The notes: a model not told the origin generated them from the sequence alone. A stretch of DNA of 34,864 nt from Oculatellaceae cyanobacterium bins.114 (GCA_033764315.1 JANRJA010000150.1:1-34864); one strand, 5' to 3'. Positions 9,330 through 19,727 are shown, counted from the stretch's first letter. A program made the numbers and translations.

Positions 9330-10157
9330 TGCTTAAAAATGTCCTTGCAATCATCAGCTAGTAATAGGAAGGTTAAGACTAACCTTTACTATATAAAACT
9401 ATAGCCTCAAACTTCTCCAATGTAACAAAAAGCTTATTAGTTAGTGATGCTACTAAAAATTTCTAATGCAGAAGACATAGGGAGCGATTACAGGAAAGTC
9501 TAGACAATTCAAGACTTGTAAAAACTGGCATGAGGCGATCGCAGATATTAATTTAGGTGGTTTGTTTGGTTCTAAAAAACCCTGTTTTTTCAGGCTTTAG
9601 CAAAGGCTAAGTGCCTATTTATCTAAGTTGAGTTGTAGGAGATAAATTTTGAGGACAAAACTCCTCAAGACAATGCATGCCTACTGTCTACTGTCAACTG
9701 ACGTAGATTGAAACCTGTAACTACCGTTGAATTATGGATAAGCCAAAGATTCAATTGATTACTCTGAAAATGTGATTTTTGTGCCTTGGGGTGGGATGCA
9801 ATGGAAACGCTTCGCATCCCTATAACGTTCCATAAGGAGCGATATTAACTGTTAAGTAAAGCATTCATTGGAGGAGGCGATCGCTTTTTTAACCCAAGTC
9901 TGTAATAAAGTATCTTTAGACTTGTTTACATAAAGCTAAATCTATATACACCTACAAAATCACCTTAGAATCACAAAACTTCAAACGATCTGGGTTTAAA
10001 CTATAAAGTAGGGGTTTAGGCTGATCAACCAGCCCTGTGAAAAATTGTGGAATGGGTTACTGGAATTGAGCATCGGCTAATCGATAGTTACCTGTTAGAC
10101 TTCACCTAAATCTTCGCCATTTCTCGTTATTTGGCAATAAAACTCTAGTTTCAACAT

Positions 10158-11189
10158 ATGCAAGTTTTATTTCAAGTTGTTCGACAGAACGAAAATTCTG
10201 CGCCTCACATTCAAACCTATCAACTTGATGTCGAGCCAGGGAATACCATCCTAGATTGCTTAAATCGGATGAAGTGGGAACAGGACGGAACATTGGCGTT
10301 TCGCAAAAACTGTCGAAATACCATTTGTGGTAGTTGTGCAATGCGAATTAATGGGCGTTCTGCACTGGCATGTAAAGAAAATGTTGGGAGTGAATTGGCG
10401 CGTCTGCAACACATCGCAGAGGCAAATCACGACCCCAATAAATCTTTAGACGATATTCCTACGATTACGATCGCTCCAATGGGAAATATGCCCGTCATCA
10501 AAGATTTGGTGGTGGATATGCAAAGCTTTTGGAACAACTTAGAAGCGGTCTCCCCCTATGTCAGCAGTGAAGCACGGTATGTTCCAGAACGGGAGTTTTT
10601 ACAAACTCCCGAAGAGCGCGATCGCCTCAATCAAACGGGCAATTGCATTTTGTGTGGAGCTTGCTATTCCGAGTGCAATGCTCGTACGGTAAATCCTGAG
10701 TTTGTTGGTCCACATGCTTTGGCAAAAGCCTATCGCATGGTTGCAGATTCGCGGGATGACCAAACAGAAGCCCGCATTGATCAGTATGGCACTGGAACCC
10801 AAGGAGTGTGGGGATGCACCCGATGCTATTACTGCAACACCGTTTGCCCAATGGAAGTTGCCCCAATGGATCAAATTGGCAAAATTAAGCAAGAGGTGCT
10901 CGATCGCCAAGATGCTCAATCTAGCCGTTCTGTACGCCATCGTAAAGTTTTGATTGATCTTGTCAAAGATGGCGGTTGGATCGATGAGCGGCGGTTTGGG
11001 CTGAGAGTCGTGGGCAATTCTTTCCAAGACTTGCAAGGGTTAGCGAGTTTGCTTCCTCTGGGTTTACGGATGGTGACAAAAGGCAAGTTTCCTTTAACTT
11101 TTGACCCCTCCGAGGGAGCACCACAAGTGCGATCGCTGATTAATGCTGTTCAGCAGGCAGAGGCTAGCTCAGAAACTCCTCCTCAATAA
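10158..11189 (+). CDS. sdhB: Succinate dehydrogenase/fumarate reductase iron-sulfur subunit
   Basis: Fe-S motifs CRNTICGSC, CILCGACYSEC and CTRCYYCNTVCP, plus VIKDLVVD. Confidence 0.95.
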   Translation: MQVLFQVVRQNENSAPHIQTYQLDVEPGNTILDCLNRMKWEQDGTLAFRKNCRNTICGSCAMRINGRSALACKENVGSELARLQHIAEANHDPNKSLDDIPTITIAPMGNMPVIKDLVVDMQSFWNNLEAVSPYVSSEARYVPEREFLQTPEERDRLNQTGNCILCGACYSECNARTVNPEFVGPHALAKAYRMVADSRDDQTEARIDQYGTGTQGVWGCTRCYYCNTVCPMEVAPMDQIGKIKQEVLDRQDAQSSRSVRHRKVLIDLVKDGGWIDERRFGLRVVGNSFQDLQGLASLLPLGLRMVTKGKFPLTFDPSEGAPQVRSLINAVQQAEASSETPPQ

Positions 11190-11213
11190 AATATTCACCC
11201 AACGGTTTTTGTT

Positions 11214-11396
11214 ATGACGGCTCCAGACCCAAACCTACCTTCTTCAGAATCTATAAACCAACCCCCTCCTGCCTTTGGTTGGACTCCTTACGCAGAGCAA
11301 ATTAATGGACGCTTTGCCATGATTGGCTTTGTTGCATTGCTCCTGTTGGAGCTTTTTACTCGTCAGGATTTCTTTACCTGGCTAGGGCTACGTTAA
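11214..11396 (+). CDS. hli: High-light-inducible protein (HLIP/SCP)
   Basis: Chlorophyll-binding motif [13 protein letters not shown] in a single TM helix. Confidence 0.93.
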   Translation: MTAPDPNLPSSESINQPPPAFGWTPYAEQINGRFAMIGFVALLLLELFTRQDFFTWLGLR

Positions 11397-11466
11397 CTCA
11401 AGCCTCATCACATCAGGGGCGATCGCCCCCATCTCTAGTCGTGTCCTCAGCGATAAATTCCTCAGC

Positions 11467-11554
11467 TACCCTATGTGCGACTATTCCAGATCCCCGATTT
11501 CTAGGGATGTAACGAGGCACCTTTCGGTCAGACCCAACGAGAAACCGGGGATCT
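11467..11554. repeat. Dispersed repeat copy 2, forming an inverted-repeat element
   Basis: 11467-11508 is the inverted copy of 1975-2016. AGATCCCCGATTTCT (11488-11502) pairs with AGAAACCGGGGATCT (11540-11554) at 14/15. Confidence 0.8.
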
Positions 11555-11590
11555 AAACCCCTAAATTGAATATGCGCTCAGCTACAAATA

Positions 11591-11686
11591 ATGTGAATTT
11601 GGGATCAAGATTTTGACGGTTAAAACCGCAAAGTTTGTCTGGATAGCCGCGAATTCATTCGCAAAGGGCTTAACCCAAATTGACAT
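11591..11686. mobile_element. MITE, internally deleted relative of the element at 28139-28300
   Basis: TIR ATGTGAATTTGGG / CCCAAATTGACAT (12/13). It shares GATTTTG(A/G)CGGTTAAAACCGC and GCGAATT(C/T)ATTCGC with the 28 kb copy. Confidence 0.75.
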
Positions 11687-11778
11687 TAATATAGAAAATA
11701 GACGTTCAATAATCTTGGGTTGCCTATACTTTGCTGAAGCAACCCAAAATATGACTTACAGTCCGCGCTTGCATCTCT

Positions 11779-11884
11779 TATAGCCGTAGTCATTCAGGTT
11801 AGGACGGGGTGCAGGGGTGGAACCCCTAGCTGGGGGCACCGCCCCCCCACCCCCTACGTCCTAAGTTAGCTGGCTACAGCTATA
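11779..11884. mobile_element. MITE with TATAGC termini and a GC-rich hairpin core
   Basis: TATAGCCGTAGTCATTCAGGTTAGGACG versus reverse complement of right end TATAGCTGTAGCCAGCTAACTTAGGACG (21/28). The core has nested G-run/C-run stems. Confidence 0.75.
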
Positions 11885-11959
11885 CATGAATCGGTTTTTG
11901 GAGGGCGTGAATCATCTGTGGATTAGCCTTGCAGCGATTCACGCAAGCCATCTATTGAC

Positions 11960-13462
11960 CTAACGAACCGTTACAAGATACCGCCCTCGTCCATTGGAGT
12001 CATAGGCATTAGCAATGATTCGATAAGTACCAGAGGCTGGCAGCGTCGTCGTAATTGAAGAGTTAAAGTTTTCAGGGCCAATATCGTCATTTTGATCAAT
12101 GACTTGATTGTCAGGTCCTACCAAAATCAAGTAAGTATCAAACTCGCTGCTCTCCATCGTAACGGTCACCGTTTGTCCTGCATTGCCGCGAAAGGTATGC
12201 TCACGATAAAGACTGCCATCTGACTCTAAAACCTGAGCCCCTGGACCCAAAATTCCCTCTTCTCTCAAAATGAGTCCAACTTGTCCAGGTACATTTCGAG
12301 GGGGTGTAGGACTAGGAACAGGTCTAGGACTGGGAGTTGAAGCACTATTGCCCTGCGTTACAACCCTCAAGTTATACGTCCCAACTTCTCCAGCTCCATA
12401 GGAGTTAGCAAAGACAGTATAAGTACCGGATGCAGGTAAAGTAGCAACAATTCTGGAGTTTGTTCCACCCCCTCCATCATCATCTTGAGCCAGGTCACTG
12501 CCATCGGGGGTTAACAAAATTAAGTAAGTATCGATGTCACTGCTGCTCATATCAATGACAATTTGTTGCCCCGCTCTGCCCTCAAAGGTGTAAGCATCAA
12601 AATAACTGTTATCGGCAGGCAAAACATTACTTCCGCGATCGAGCCTACCTTGCACAGGACGGTTGAGCGCAATGGATTGTGGAGGACGGGTGACTCCAGG
12701 CAGTGGTTGTTGTTGAGCTGTGCGGGGAGCACGTCCTTCTCGCACAGCTGTTAAAAAGGGTTGAACCCGCTCAATACTAATTGCAAACCCAATGCCAATA
12801 TTTCCTGAAGAACCCCTTGGCGTAAAGATGGCTGTGTTGACTCCAATCAGTTCACCCTGACTATTCAGCAAGGGCCCCCCAGAGTTGCCAGGGTTAATGG
12901 CTGCATCTGTCTGCACCAAGCCCCGTTCACGATCGATGCGGCTAACAATGCCAGTTGTCAAAGTTCCTTGAAATTGCCCAAATGGATTGCCAATCGCAAA
13001 AGCGCGTTGACCCACTTGCACTGTTCCTGAACGCGCCAATCGAATAGTAGGAAGATTATTTTGCCCCCTAATTCTGACAGCTGCCAGATCTAGACCTGGC
13101 TCACCGTAGGCGACAACTTCACCCTGAAACTCTCGACCATCAGCTAGAGATACGGTTACAGCCCGTTCGTCACCTACCACATGAGCATTGGTCAAAATTA
13201 AACCGTCTGAACTGATAATGCTGCCACTGCCCGTGCCGTCCCTTGTCTCAATCGATACTACGGCTGGGCTTGCCTGCTCGTAAACACGGACGTTGATGCT
13301 GTCTTCGGTGTCTTGAGCAAACGCAGCATGAGAGTCAGGCTGCCCTAAGCGATTTAAGCTCAAAAGATGAATTGGGGCAATGGCATCAAGGGTAATCAGA
13401 CTGGCTGTAGTTCCTATAAGAATAAGCCCTGAGGTTGCGGTGCGAAGGAATCTCGTGTTCAT
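11960..13462 (-). CDS. Trypsin-like (HtrA/Deg) serine protease with two C-terminal PPC domains
   Basis: Catalytic triad motifs LTNAHVV, DLA and TDAAINPGNSGGPL. Two DTYLIL..PD.....Q.DD...NS repeats separated by a Pro-rich linker. N-terminal hydrophobic segment. Start placed at ATG 13462. Confidence 0.9.
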   Translation of the reverse strand: MNTRFLRTATSGLILIGTTASLITLDAIAPIHLLSLNRLGQPDSHAAFAQDTEDSINVRVYEQASPAVVSIETRDGTGSGSIISSDGLILTNAHVVGDERAVTVSLADGREFQGEVVAYGEPGLDLAAVRIRGQNNLPTIRLARSGTVQVGQRAFAIGNPFGQFQGTLTTGIVSRIDRERGLVQTDAAINPGNSGGPLLNSQGELIGVNTAIFTPRGSSGNIGIGFAISIERVQPFLTAVREGRAPRTAQQQPLPGVTRPPQSIALNRPVQGRLDRGSNVLPADNSYFDAYTFEGRAGQQIVIDMSSSDIDTYLILLTPDGSDLAQDDDGGGGTNSRIVATLPASGTYTVFANSYGAGEVGTYNLRVVTQGNSASTPSPRPVPSPTPPRNVPGQVGLILREEGILGPGAQVLESDGSLYREHTFRGNAGQTVTVTMESSEFDTYLILVGPDNQVIDQNDDIGPENFNSSITTTLPASGTYRIIANAYDSNGRGRYLVTVR

Positions 13463-13632
13463 GCTGGGACTGTATAGTTGCAATCGTGCGGAGGGATTGA
13501 AATTTGAATATGGATACTTATTAGATACTGAACGGCGATGGTGAGTTCCGCTCAACCTCTTAAGCCTTTCTACAGTTCTATCGTTAATTCACAGGAAAAT
13601 CGTGAATCAGTCTTAGCTAGCAACCCTTAACT

Positions 13633-13667
13633 AAAAAACGCAGAAACCGATTTGAAGAGTTTCTGCG
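13633..13667 (-). terminator. Rho-independent terminator of ycf66
   Basis: Minus strand reads CGCAGAAAC-loop-GTTTCTGCG followed by TTTTTT. Confidence 0.75.
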
Positions 13668-13688
13668 CTTTAGCCGTTAGAGATGCAC

Positions 13689-14519
13689 TTAGTATTTATC
13701 GAAGTTTCCAGAGTTATCAGCATCGGGATCAGAATAGTCAATCGGTTGATAGTCAACGTAGTCAGCCGATTCTGATCGGGGTTTACGGCGAGAAGAGGAT
13801 TCCGATTCAGATGAGGGACGAGGTCTACGGGAACGAGAAGTGCTTTCAGAATTACGGGGAGGTCGAGAACTGCTGCGAGAGCGATCTTCAGATGGGTCGT
13901 CATCCCAGAAGTTGCGAGTCTCTGTAAATCGCTCAGCCGAAAGATCATCCGTTTCACTAGGGCGGCGACGACGAGGGCGTTGCGAAGCCGTTCCTCCAGT
14001 GGAGTAATCGCTTGAGCTAGAACTTGAACGAGGGCGATTACCCTCTTGAGGACTAGCACCGCGACTAGAAGACCGACGACGAACCTCATCTCCATACTCA
14101 TCTGCTTGAGTTGAGCGAGTGTCTCGCGATCCTCGAATTCGTCGGGTTACAGGTCGCTCATCCATTGCTGGAAATTCGTCTAACTCAGCCCGATAGACTC
14201 GGCTCACTGGACGCTCATCATCAACGACAGGGGTTGTGCGCTTGGCCTGTTCGGTGGCGACTCCCCGTAAGCGAATGGCCTCAAACGCAAACCAAATGGT
14301 TGAGCCTGCCAGCATAAATTGCCCAAATTGCAGGATAGGGTCTTGCCGCCAGCCTTGAAAAAATAGAATGCCACCGCAAAGCAAGGCAACCGCTGCAAAA
14401 AAGATATCGTGGTCACGAGCCAATCCTGGACGTACCGTTCGCAAGAAATACAGTCCTGCTCCAGAGACCGCTAGAGCAATGCCCACAATGCTGCTCCAGC
14501 TAAGTCCAACGTTTACCAT
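13689..14519 (-). CDS. ycf66: Ycf66 family protein
   Basis: LYFLRTVRPGLARDHDIFF and GWRQDPILQFGQF, then a disordered R/S/D-rich tail. Confidence 0.92.
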   Translation of the reverse strand: MVNVGLSWSSIVGIALAVSGAGLYFLRTVRPGLARDHDIFFAAVALLCGGILFFQGWRQDPILQFGQFMLAGSTIWFAFEAIRLRGVATEQAKRTTPVVDDERPVSRVYRAELDEFPAMDERPVTRRIRGSRDTRSTQADEYGDEVRRRSSSRGASPQEGNRPRSSSSSSDYSTGGTASQRPRRRRPSETDDLSAERFTETRNFWDDDPSEDRSRSSSRPPRNSESTSRSRRPRPSSESESSSRRKPRSESADYVDYQPIDYSDPDADNSGNFDKY

Positions 14520-14728
14520 TGCTTCTCTCCGTATATCTGTCTTAATCCTAGCGAGTGATAGCTTAAAGCTCCAATGATAATAGATACAATTTGACGATGT
14601 TTTCTATAAAAATTTAAAGCAATACCCACTCTAATCTGGATTAAAGTACCCAAAATCCAAGCAAAAGTCCCTACAGTCTCTTCCATGTCGGAGGTGCTAT
14701 AGGGAAATGAGTCTACTAATTTTGAGTG

Positions 14729-14754
14729 AAAAAAGGAGGGCAGAAAAATCTGCC
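14729..14754 (-). terminator. Probable terminator of psbX
   Basis: Minus strand reads GGCAGA-TTTT-TCTGCC then CTCCTTTTTT. An adjacent 14-bp direct duplication CTGCCATCTACTAA is present. Confidence 0.5.
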
Positions 14755-14794
14755 ATCTACTAACCTGCCATCTACTAAAAAGTTGCCAACAACT

Positions 14795-14914
14795 CTAGGA
14801 ACGTTGGATTTTGTCTCTTTGGCTGATGAAAACCAAGCCTACAACGACTGGAACAACGACAATCACTAAACCAGCCAATAAGCTGTAAAGGAAATTTGCT
14901 AAGGAGGGTGTCAT
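14795..14914 (-). CDS. psbX: Photosystem II reaction centre protein X
   Basis: Translates to MTPSLANFLYSLLAGLVIVVVPVVVGLVFISQRDKIQRS (39 aa, below the ORF-track cutoff). Lies between ycf66 and the YggT gene. Confidence 0.95.
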   Translation of the reverse strand: MTPSLANFLYSLLAGLVIVVVPVVVGLVFISQRDKIQRS

Positions 14915-15097
14915 GAGTTTTGAAATCCTTTAATATGGCGACTTCTTCATTAATAATTCTATAGGTCTACTCATCTCTTGAGAAGACACTTGGTACGCAA
15001 ATTTGATCAAACCTCGATTAAATAAGAGCCAACTCAAGAACCAAGGGGCGTTAAAATATGAGGAGACTTAGTTACAAAGCTTTAAGCCCAAATCTTC

Positions 15098-15385
15098 ATG
15101 ACAGCTAGTGCGATCGCCTCATTGATTCTTGCGCCTCTGTTGGGGCTAATGATCTTGCTCTTTATCTTCCGCATCGTTTTGACTTGGTATCCTCAGGTTG
15201 AGCTGAATCGCTTTCCCTTTAGTTTGATTGCAATTCCGACTGAACCCTTTTTGGTCTTACTTCGCAAGTTGGTTCCACCGTTAGGAGGGGTAGACATCAC
15301 CCCCATTATCTGGGTTGGCGTTTTTAGTTTGCTGAGAGAGATTTTGTTGGGTCAACAAGGCTTGTTGACGATGATGCGGTATTAA
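15098..15385 (+). CDS. YggT family membrane protein (CCB3-like)
   Basis: Motifs RIVLTWYP, PTEPFL...RKLVPPLGGVDITP and LLGQQGLL. Confidence 0.88.
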   Translation: MTASAIASLILAPLLGLMILLFIFRIVLTWYPQVELNRFPFSLIAIPTEPFLVLLRKLVPPLGGVDITPIIWVGVFSLLREILLGQQGLLTMMRY

Positions 15386-15774
15386 ATTCATTAAATTCTT
15401 CATCAAATTCTGTTGACTCAGCTTGAGTGGGCTAGTTATTGATCAACTTTGTATCCATGTGAGATAGCGGGATGACGCGATGCGAGGGTTGGTCATCAGT
15501 CATGGGTCATGAGGCGATTGACACGCGGCACTTATGATTGTCTCTCAGGTTCTGTGTCTCAAAAAACGTCCCAAAACTGGGTTTAACCTTGGGGTGCGCG
15601 ATCGCCACAAACCGTATCACAGAGAACGTTTTCAGCCCTGACGACGGGAAACTGTGTTAAAATTTTGTAAGTAACCACGCGATATTTGACAGCAATCCGG
15701 AAGTTAATCAGCATTTACTCTCCTCGTTTGCTAGTTAGCTGTCGATATCTTGCTTTTTTGGAGTTTTTTACTGC

Positions 15775-18426
15775 ATGAGTACCCCACAGGAACGAATTGT
15801 CCCTACGGATCTGCGGAACGAAATGTCCCGATCTTACCTGGAATACGCTATGAGCGTCATTGTAGGACGGGCACTACCAGATGCCAGGGATGGTTTAAAA
15901 CCTGTCCACCGTCGTATTTTGTATGCAATGCACGAGTTGGGGTTGACTCCCGATCGCCCCTTTCGGAAATGTGCTCGTGTTGTGGGGGATGTTATTGGTA
16001 AATACCATCCTCATGGAGATACGGCGGTTTACGATGCCCTGGTGCGAATGGCACAAGATTTTTCTATGCGTCTGCCGCTGGTCGATGGGCATGGCAACTT
16101 TGGTTCGGTAGATAACGACCCACCTGCCGCGATGCGATATACCGAGTGTCGCTTGCGCCCCATCACGACTAACGCACTGCTACAAGATATTGAGGCAGAG
16201 ACGGTTGACTTTGGCAGTAACTATGACGGATCACAGCAGGAGCCGTTGGTGCTCCCTGCACGAGTTCCCCAGTTGTTGCTCAATGGGTCTTCTGGGATTG
16301 CTGTGGGAATGGCAACCAATATTCCTCCCCACAACTTGAGTGAGTTGATTGATGGTGTGATTGCCCTGATCCACGATCCTGAGATCAGCATTGAACAGTT
16401 GATGCGTCATATCCCTGGCCCTGACTTTCCAACAGGGGCACAAATTTTAGGGACGAGTGGCATTCGAGAAGCCTATTTCACTGGACGGGGTTCGATCACG
16501 ATGCGAGGTGTCGCTCAGATCGAAACGATTGAGCACCGAGGTCGCCCCGATCGCGAAGCAATTATCATCACTGAACTGCCGTTCCAAACGAATAAAGCGG
16601 CTCTGATCGAGAAAATTGCAGAGATGGTGAACGATCGCCGTTTAGATGGCATTGCTGACATTCGCGATGAGAGCGATCGCGACGGCATGCGCATTGTGAT
16701 TGAGTTACGCCGAGATGCTTATCCTCGAGTTGTGCTCAACAACCTTTACAAGCAAACGCCGTTACAAGCCAACTTTGGGGTCAATATGTTGGCATTGGTC
16801 AACGGTGAACCCCAACTTCTGAGCCTCAAGCAATTCCTGGAAGTTTTTCTAGACTTCCGAATTGAGACCATTACTCGGCGTACTCAGTATCAACTCCGCA
16901 AAGCAGAAGAACGGGATCACCTGTTACAGGGGCAGTTGATTGCACTGGCTAATCTGGATGCGATTATCGCTTTAATTCGTCATGCGGCGGATGGGCCCAC
17001 AGCTAAGCAAGAGTTAATCGATTCCTATGGGCTATCTGAGGCACAAGCTGAAGCAATCTTGCAAATGCAGTTGCGTCGTTTGACGGCTCTGGAAGCTGAC
17101 AAAATTCAGCAGGAACACAACGAACTGCAAGCCAGAATTACCGACTTGCGAGACATTTTGGCACGTCGCGAACGAATTTTGCAGATGATTGAGACGGAGG
17201 CAGCCGAGTTAAAAACGGCTCACGCCAGTCCTCGTCGCACCGTAATTGAGCAGTTAGATGGTGAGTTAGGAGATGCGGATCTGATTGCTAATGAGCAGGC
17301 AATCATTATGCTGACTGAACAGGGCTATATCAAACGAATGCCCGTCAGCACCTTTGAAGCTCAAAGTCGGGCGACACGTGGAAAAGCGGGTACGCGGATG
17401 AAGGAGGATGATGCAGTAGAGCACTTCTTCACCTGTAATGACCACGACAGTGTCTTGTTTTTTAGCGATCGCGGTGTTGCCTATTGTCTCAGGGCCTATC
17501 AAATTCCCACTGCATCCCGAAATGCCCGTGGGGTGCCAATTGTGCAGATGTTGCCGATTCCCCGTGATGAACGCATCACCTCGATTATTTCGGTAATTGA
17601 GTTCAGTAGTGAAGAATATCTGGTGATGTTGACCCAAAAGGGATACATCAAGAAAACGGCGTTATCGGCCTTTAGCAATATCCGCACTAATGGCTTAATT
17701 GCTATTTCTTTGGAAGAAGGGGATCAACTCCGATGGGTGCGCCTTGCTCGTGAGACCGACAGCATTATCATTGGCTCGCGTCAGGGGATGGCGATTCACT
17801 TCCGCTCTAACCATGAGCAACTGCGTCCTCTGGGGAGGCCGACTCGTGGGGTGCGATCGATGTCGATGCGAGAAGGGGATGAACCCATTAGTATGGATAT
17901 TCTGCCAAGTCAGGTGGTTGACATGGTAGCCAGTACAGCTCCGATAGAGTCTGAGTCAGAAGAATTGGAAGTAGATTTGCCTAATACTCAAGGACCTTGG
18001 GTGTTAGTCATCACAACAGGTGGGTTGGGTAAGCGGGTTCCAGTCTCTCAATTCCGTTTGCAAAATCGGGCAGGGATGGGATTACGGGCAATCAAGTTCC
18101 GCAAGGCCGACGATCGACTCGCTGCCCTGTTGGTGGTGAACGAGGGAGATGAAATTATCTTGGTGACAAACCGAGGCATTATCATTCGGCAAGCAGTGAA
18201 CGCTATCTCAGGACAGTCGCGTGCGGCTACGGGGGTGCGTGTGCAACGGTTAGATGATGATGATGCGATCGCCGCTGTTGCTCTAGTTCCTCCATCTAAC
18301 AGCACTGATGAAGCCAGTGGTGTTGACGAGGAAGGAGAGGCTGACGATGGTGTGGTCACTTTAGATGTATCAGAGGTATCTGAGGTGCTTGATGCATCAG
18401 AGGTATCTGAGGCATCCGACGAGTAG
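15775..18426 (+). CDS. gyrA: DNA gyrase subunit A
   Basis: [22 protein letters not shown], catalytic AAMRYTE, GyrA-box-like QSRATRG, pinwheel repeats and an acidic tail. Confidence 0.97.
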   Translation: MSTPQERIVPTDLRNEMSRSYLEYAMSVIVGRALPDARDGLKPVHRRILYAMHELGLTPDRPFRKCARVVGDVIGKYHPHGDTAVYDALVRMAQDFSMRLPLVDGHGNFGSVDNDPPAAMRYTECRLRPITTNALLQDIEAETVDFGSNYDGSQQEPLVLPARVPQLLLNGSSGIAVGMATNIPPHNLSELIDGVIALIHDPEISIEQLMRHIPGPDFPTGAQILGTSGIREAYFTGRGSITMRGVAQIETIEHRGRPDREAIIITELPFQTNKAALIEKIAEMVNDRRLDGIADIRDESDRDGMRIVIELRRDAYPRVVLNNLYKQTPLQANFGVNMLALVNGEPQLLSLKQFLEVFLDFRIETITRRTQYQLRKAEERDHLLQGQLIALANLDAIIALIRHAADGPTAKQELIDSYGLSEAQAEAILQMQLRRLTALEADKIQQEHNELQARITDLRDILARRERILQMIETEAAELKTAHASPRRTVIEQLDGELGDADLIANEQAIIMLTEQGYIKRMPVSTFEAQSRATRGKAGTRMKEDDAVEHFFTCNDHDSVLFFSDRGVAYCLRAYQIPTASRNARGVPIVQMLPIPRDERITSIISVIEFSSEEYLVMLTQKGYIKKTALSAFSNIRTNGLIAISLEEGDQLRWVRLARETDSIIIGSRQGMAIHFRSNHEQLRPLGRPTRGVRSMSMREGDEPISMDILPSQVVDMVASTAPIESESEELEVDLPNTQGPWVLVITTGGLGKRVPVSQFRLQNRAGMGLRAIKFRKADDRLAALLVVNEGDEIILVTNRGIIIRQAVNAISGQSRAATGVRVQRLDDDDAIAAVALVPPSNSTDEASGVDEEGEADDGVVTLDVSEVSEVLDASEVSEASDE

Positions 18427-18461
18427 AGAAAGCTTAGCTCTCTGTCTTTCTCAACTTCTCT

Positions 18462-19574
18462 TCAAGGTTGAATAACAAAATCTCTTGCATCTAGCGCATT
18501 GACGCCACTCAACACCAGGAAACTACCACTAGTGTTGCGGCTGCCAAAGCCTGATGAAGTGCCGTTAGCATTCAAAAAGATAGTCCCTGTTGCCTGACTA
18601 AACACAATGCGGGCAGCACTCGTTTCTGCGGCAATATCCGTAGCAACCGCTTGAAATTGGGATGGATCACCGCTGGTCAATAGATTACTGACCCCAAACG
18701 TTTGCCTTGATAAGACGATCGCATCGGTGCGTCGAACAAAATCGGTAATCGTATCAGTGCCAATATCGGCTCTGGTAAAAGCCCGCCCAGTGTTGTAAAA
18801 GAATAAATCGCGATCGCGGCTGTCTCCTCCCGTTAGAGTGTCATTTCCGCCATTGCCTGTGATGTTGTCGGCCCCAGCTCCCCCATTGATGACATTATTC
18901 GCCGCATTGCCAATCAGAGTGTTTGTAGCACTATTACCTGTTCCTCTGACAGCATTGCCTTTGAGTGTCAAGTTTTCAAAGGCATCAGCTAACGTGAAGT
19001 TGATAAACGTTTCAACGGTATCTGTTCCCTGATTTGGGTCTTCAAATAAAATGTCACCCGGATCATCCACACTGTAGGTATCATCCCCGATGCCACCATC
19101 CAGGATATCTTTGCCCCTACCCCCTTCTAAACGATCGTTGCCGTCCATGCCATAGAGGCGATCGTCTCCGAATAAACCACGCAACACGTTATTGGCACCG
19201 TTGCCCATCATGAAATTATTAAGTTCATTCCCTGTTCCATTCAGGCGTCGTCTGCCTTGCAAAATTAAGTCTTCAACATAGCGTTTGAGAGAAACACTAA
19301 TAAACGACTCAACGGTGTCAATTCCTTGAAAGCGATTGCCTTCAACAACGGTGTCTCCAGGGTTATTCACGACATAAGTGTCATCACCCCGACCCCCCAG
19401 GAGGCGATCGCTCCCCTGACCACCATCTAGGCGATCGTTACCATTGCCACCCTGCAATAGATCATCCCCTTGCAAGCCAAACAGACTATCGTTTCCCCCT
19501 AAACCCAATAGTGTGTCTGCTGCTTGAGTACCGCTTAATGCGTTGTTTCTGCCGTCGCCTCTCACCGTCACCAT
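18462..19574 (-). CDS. RTX-type calcium-binding secreted protein
   Basis: Many GGxGxDxL nonapeptides, no signal peptide, and a C-terminal DTITDF...DF motif. Confidence 0.88.
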   Translation of the reverse strand: MVTVRGDGRNNALSGTQAADTLLGLGGNDSLFGLQGDDLLQGGNGNDRLDGGQGSDRLLGGRGDDTYVVNNPGDTVVEGNRFQGIDTVESFISVSLKRYVEDLILQGRRRLNGTGNELNNFMMGNGANNVLRGLFGDDRLYGMDGNDRLEGGRGKDILDGGIGDDTYSVDDPGDILFEDPNQGTDTVETFINFTLADAFENLTLKGNAVRGTGNSATNTLIGNAANNVINGGAGADNITGNGGNDTLTGGDSRDRDLFFYNTGRAFTRADIGTDTITDFVRRTDAIVLSRQTFGVSNLLTSGDPSQFQAVATDIAAETSAARIVFSQATGTIFLNANGTSSGFGSRNTSGSFLVLSGVNALDARDFVIQP

Positions 19575-19681
19575 TCAGGAAACCCTCACGATTTAGGGTT
19601 AATTTTGGCATGCAATGATTCAAGCAATGCATGAATATCAAAAATTAATTTGAATTCAACAATAGATTAGCTCTTTGCATT

Positions 19682-19727
19682 GAAAACAAATAAGGATGTG
19701 TTATACGCAGTGCACAACACATCCTTA
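19682..19727 (-). terminator. Rho-independent terminator of the DUF3172 gene
   Basis: TAAGGATGTGTT/AACACATCCTTA is a 12-bp stem followed on the minus strand by TTTGTTTTC. Confidence 0.7.

Noticed and set aside
9734..9775. Mini-ORF MDKPKIQLITLKM in the cyAbrB-sdhB spacer
   Set aside because: 13 codons with no RBS, as expected by chance.
13652..14416. Alternative-frame and antisense ORFs over ycf66 (up to 143 aa)
   Set aside because: Shadows of the low-complexity R/S-rich ycf66 sequence, with no motifs.
15071..15088. HLR1/RpaB-like GTTACAAA-GC-TTTAAG near the psbX/YggT promoters
   Set aside because: The second half-site matches poorly, so it cannot be supported.
16003..16036. Thr at the GyrA Ser83-equivalent position (HGDTAVYD)
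   Set aside because: Thr is a natural variant in many bacteria and is not evidence of acquired quinolone resistance.
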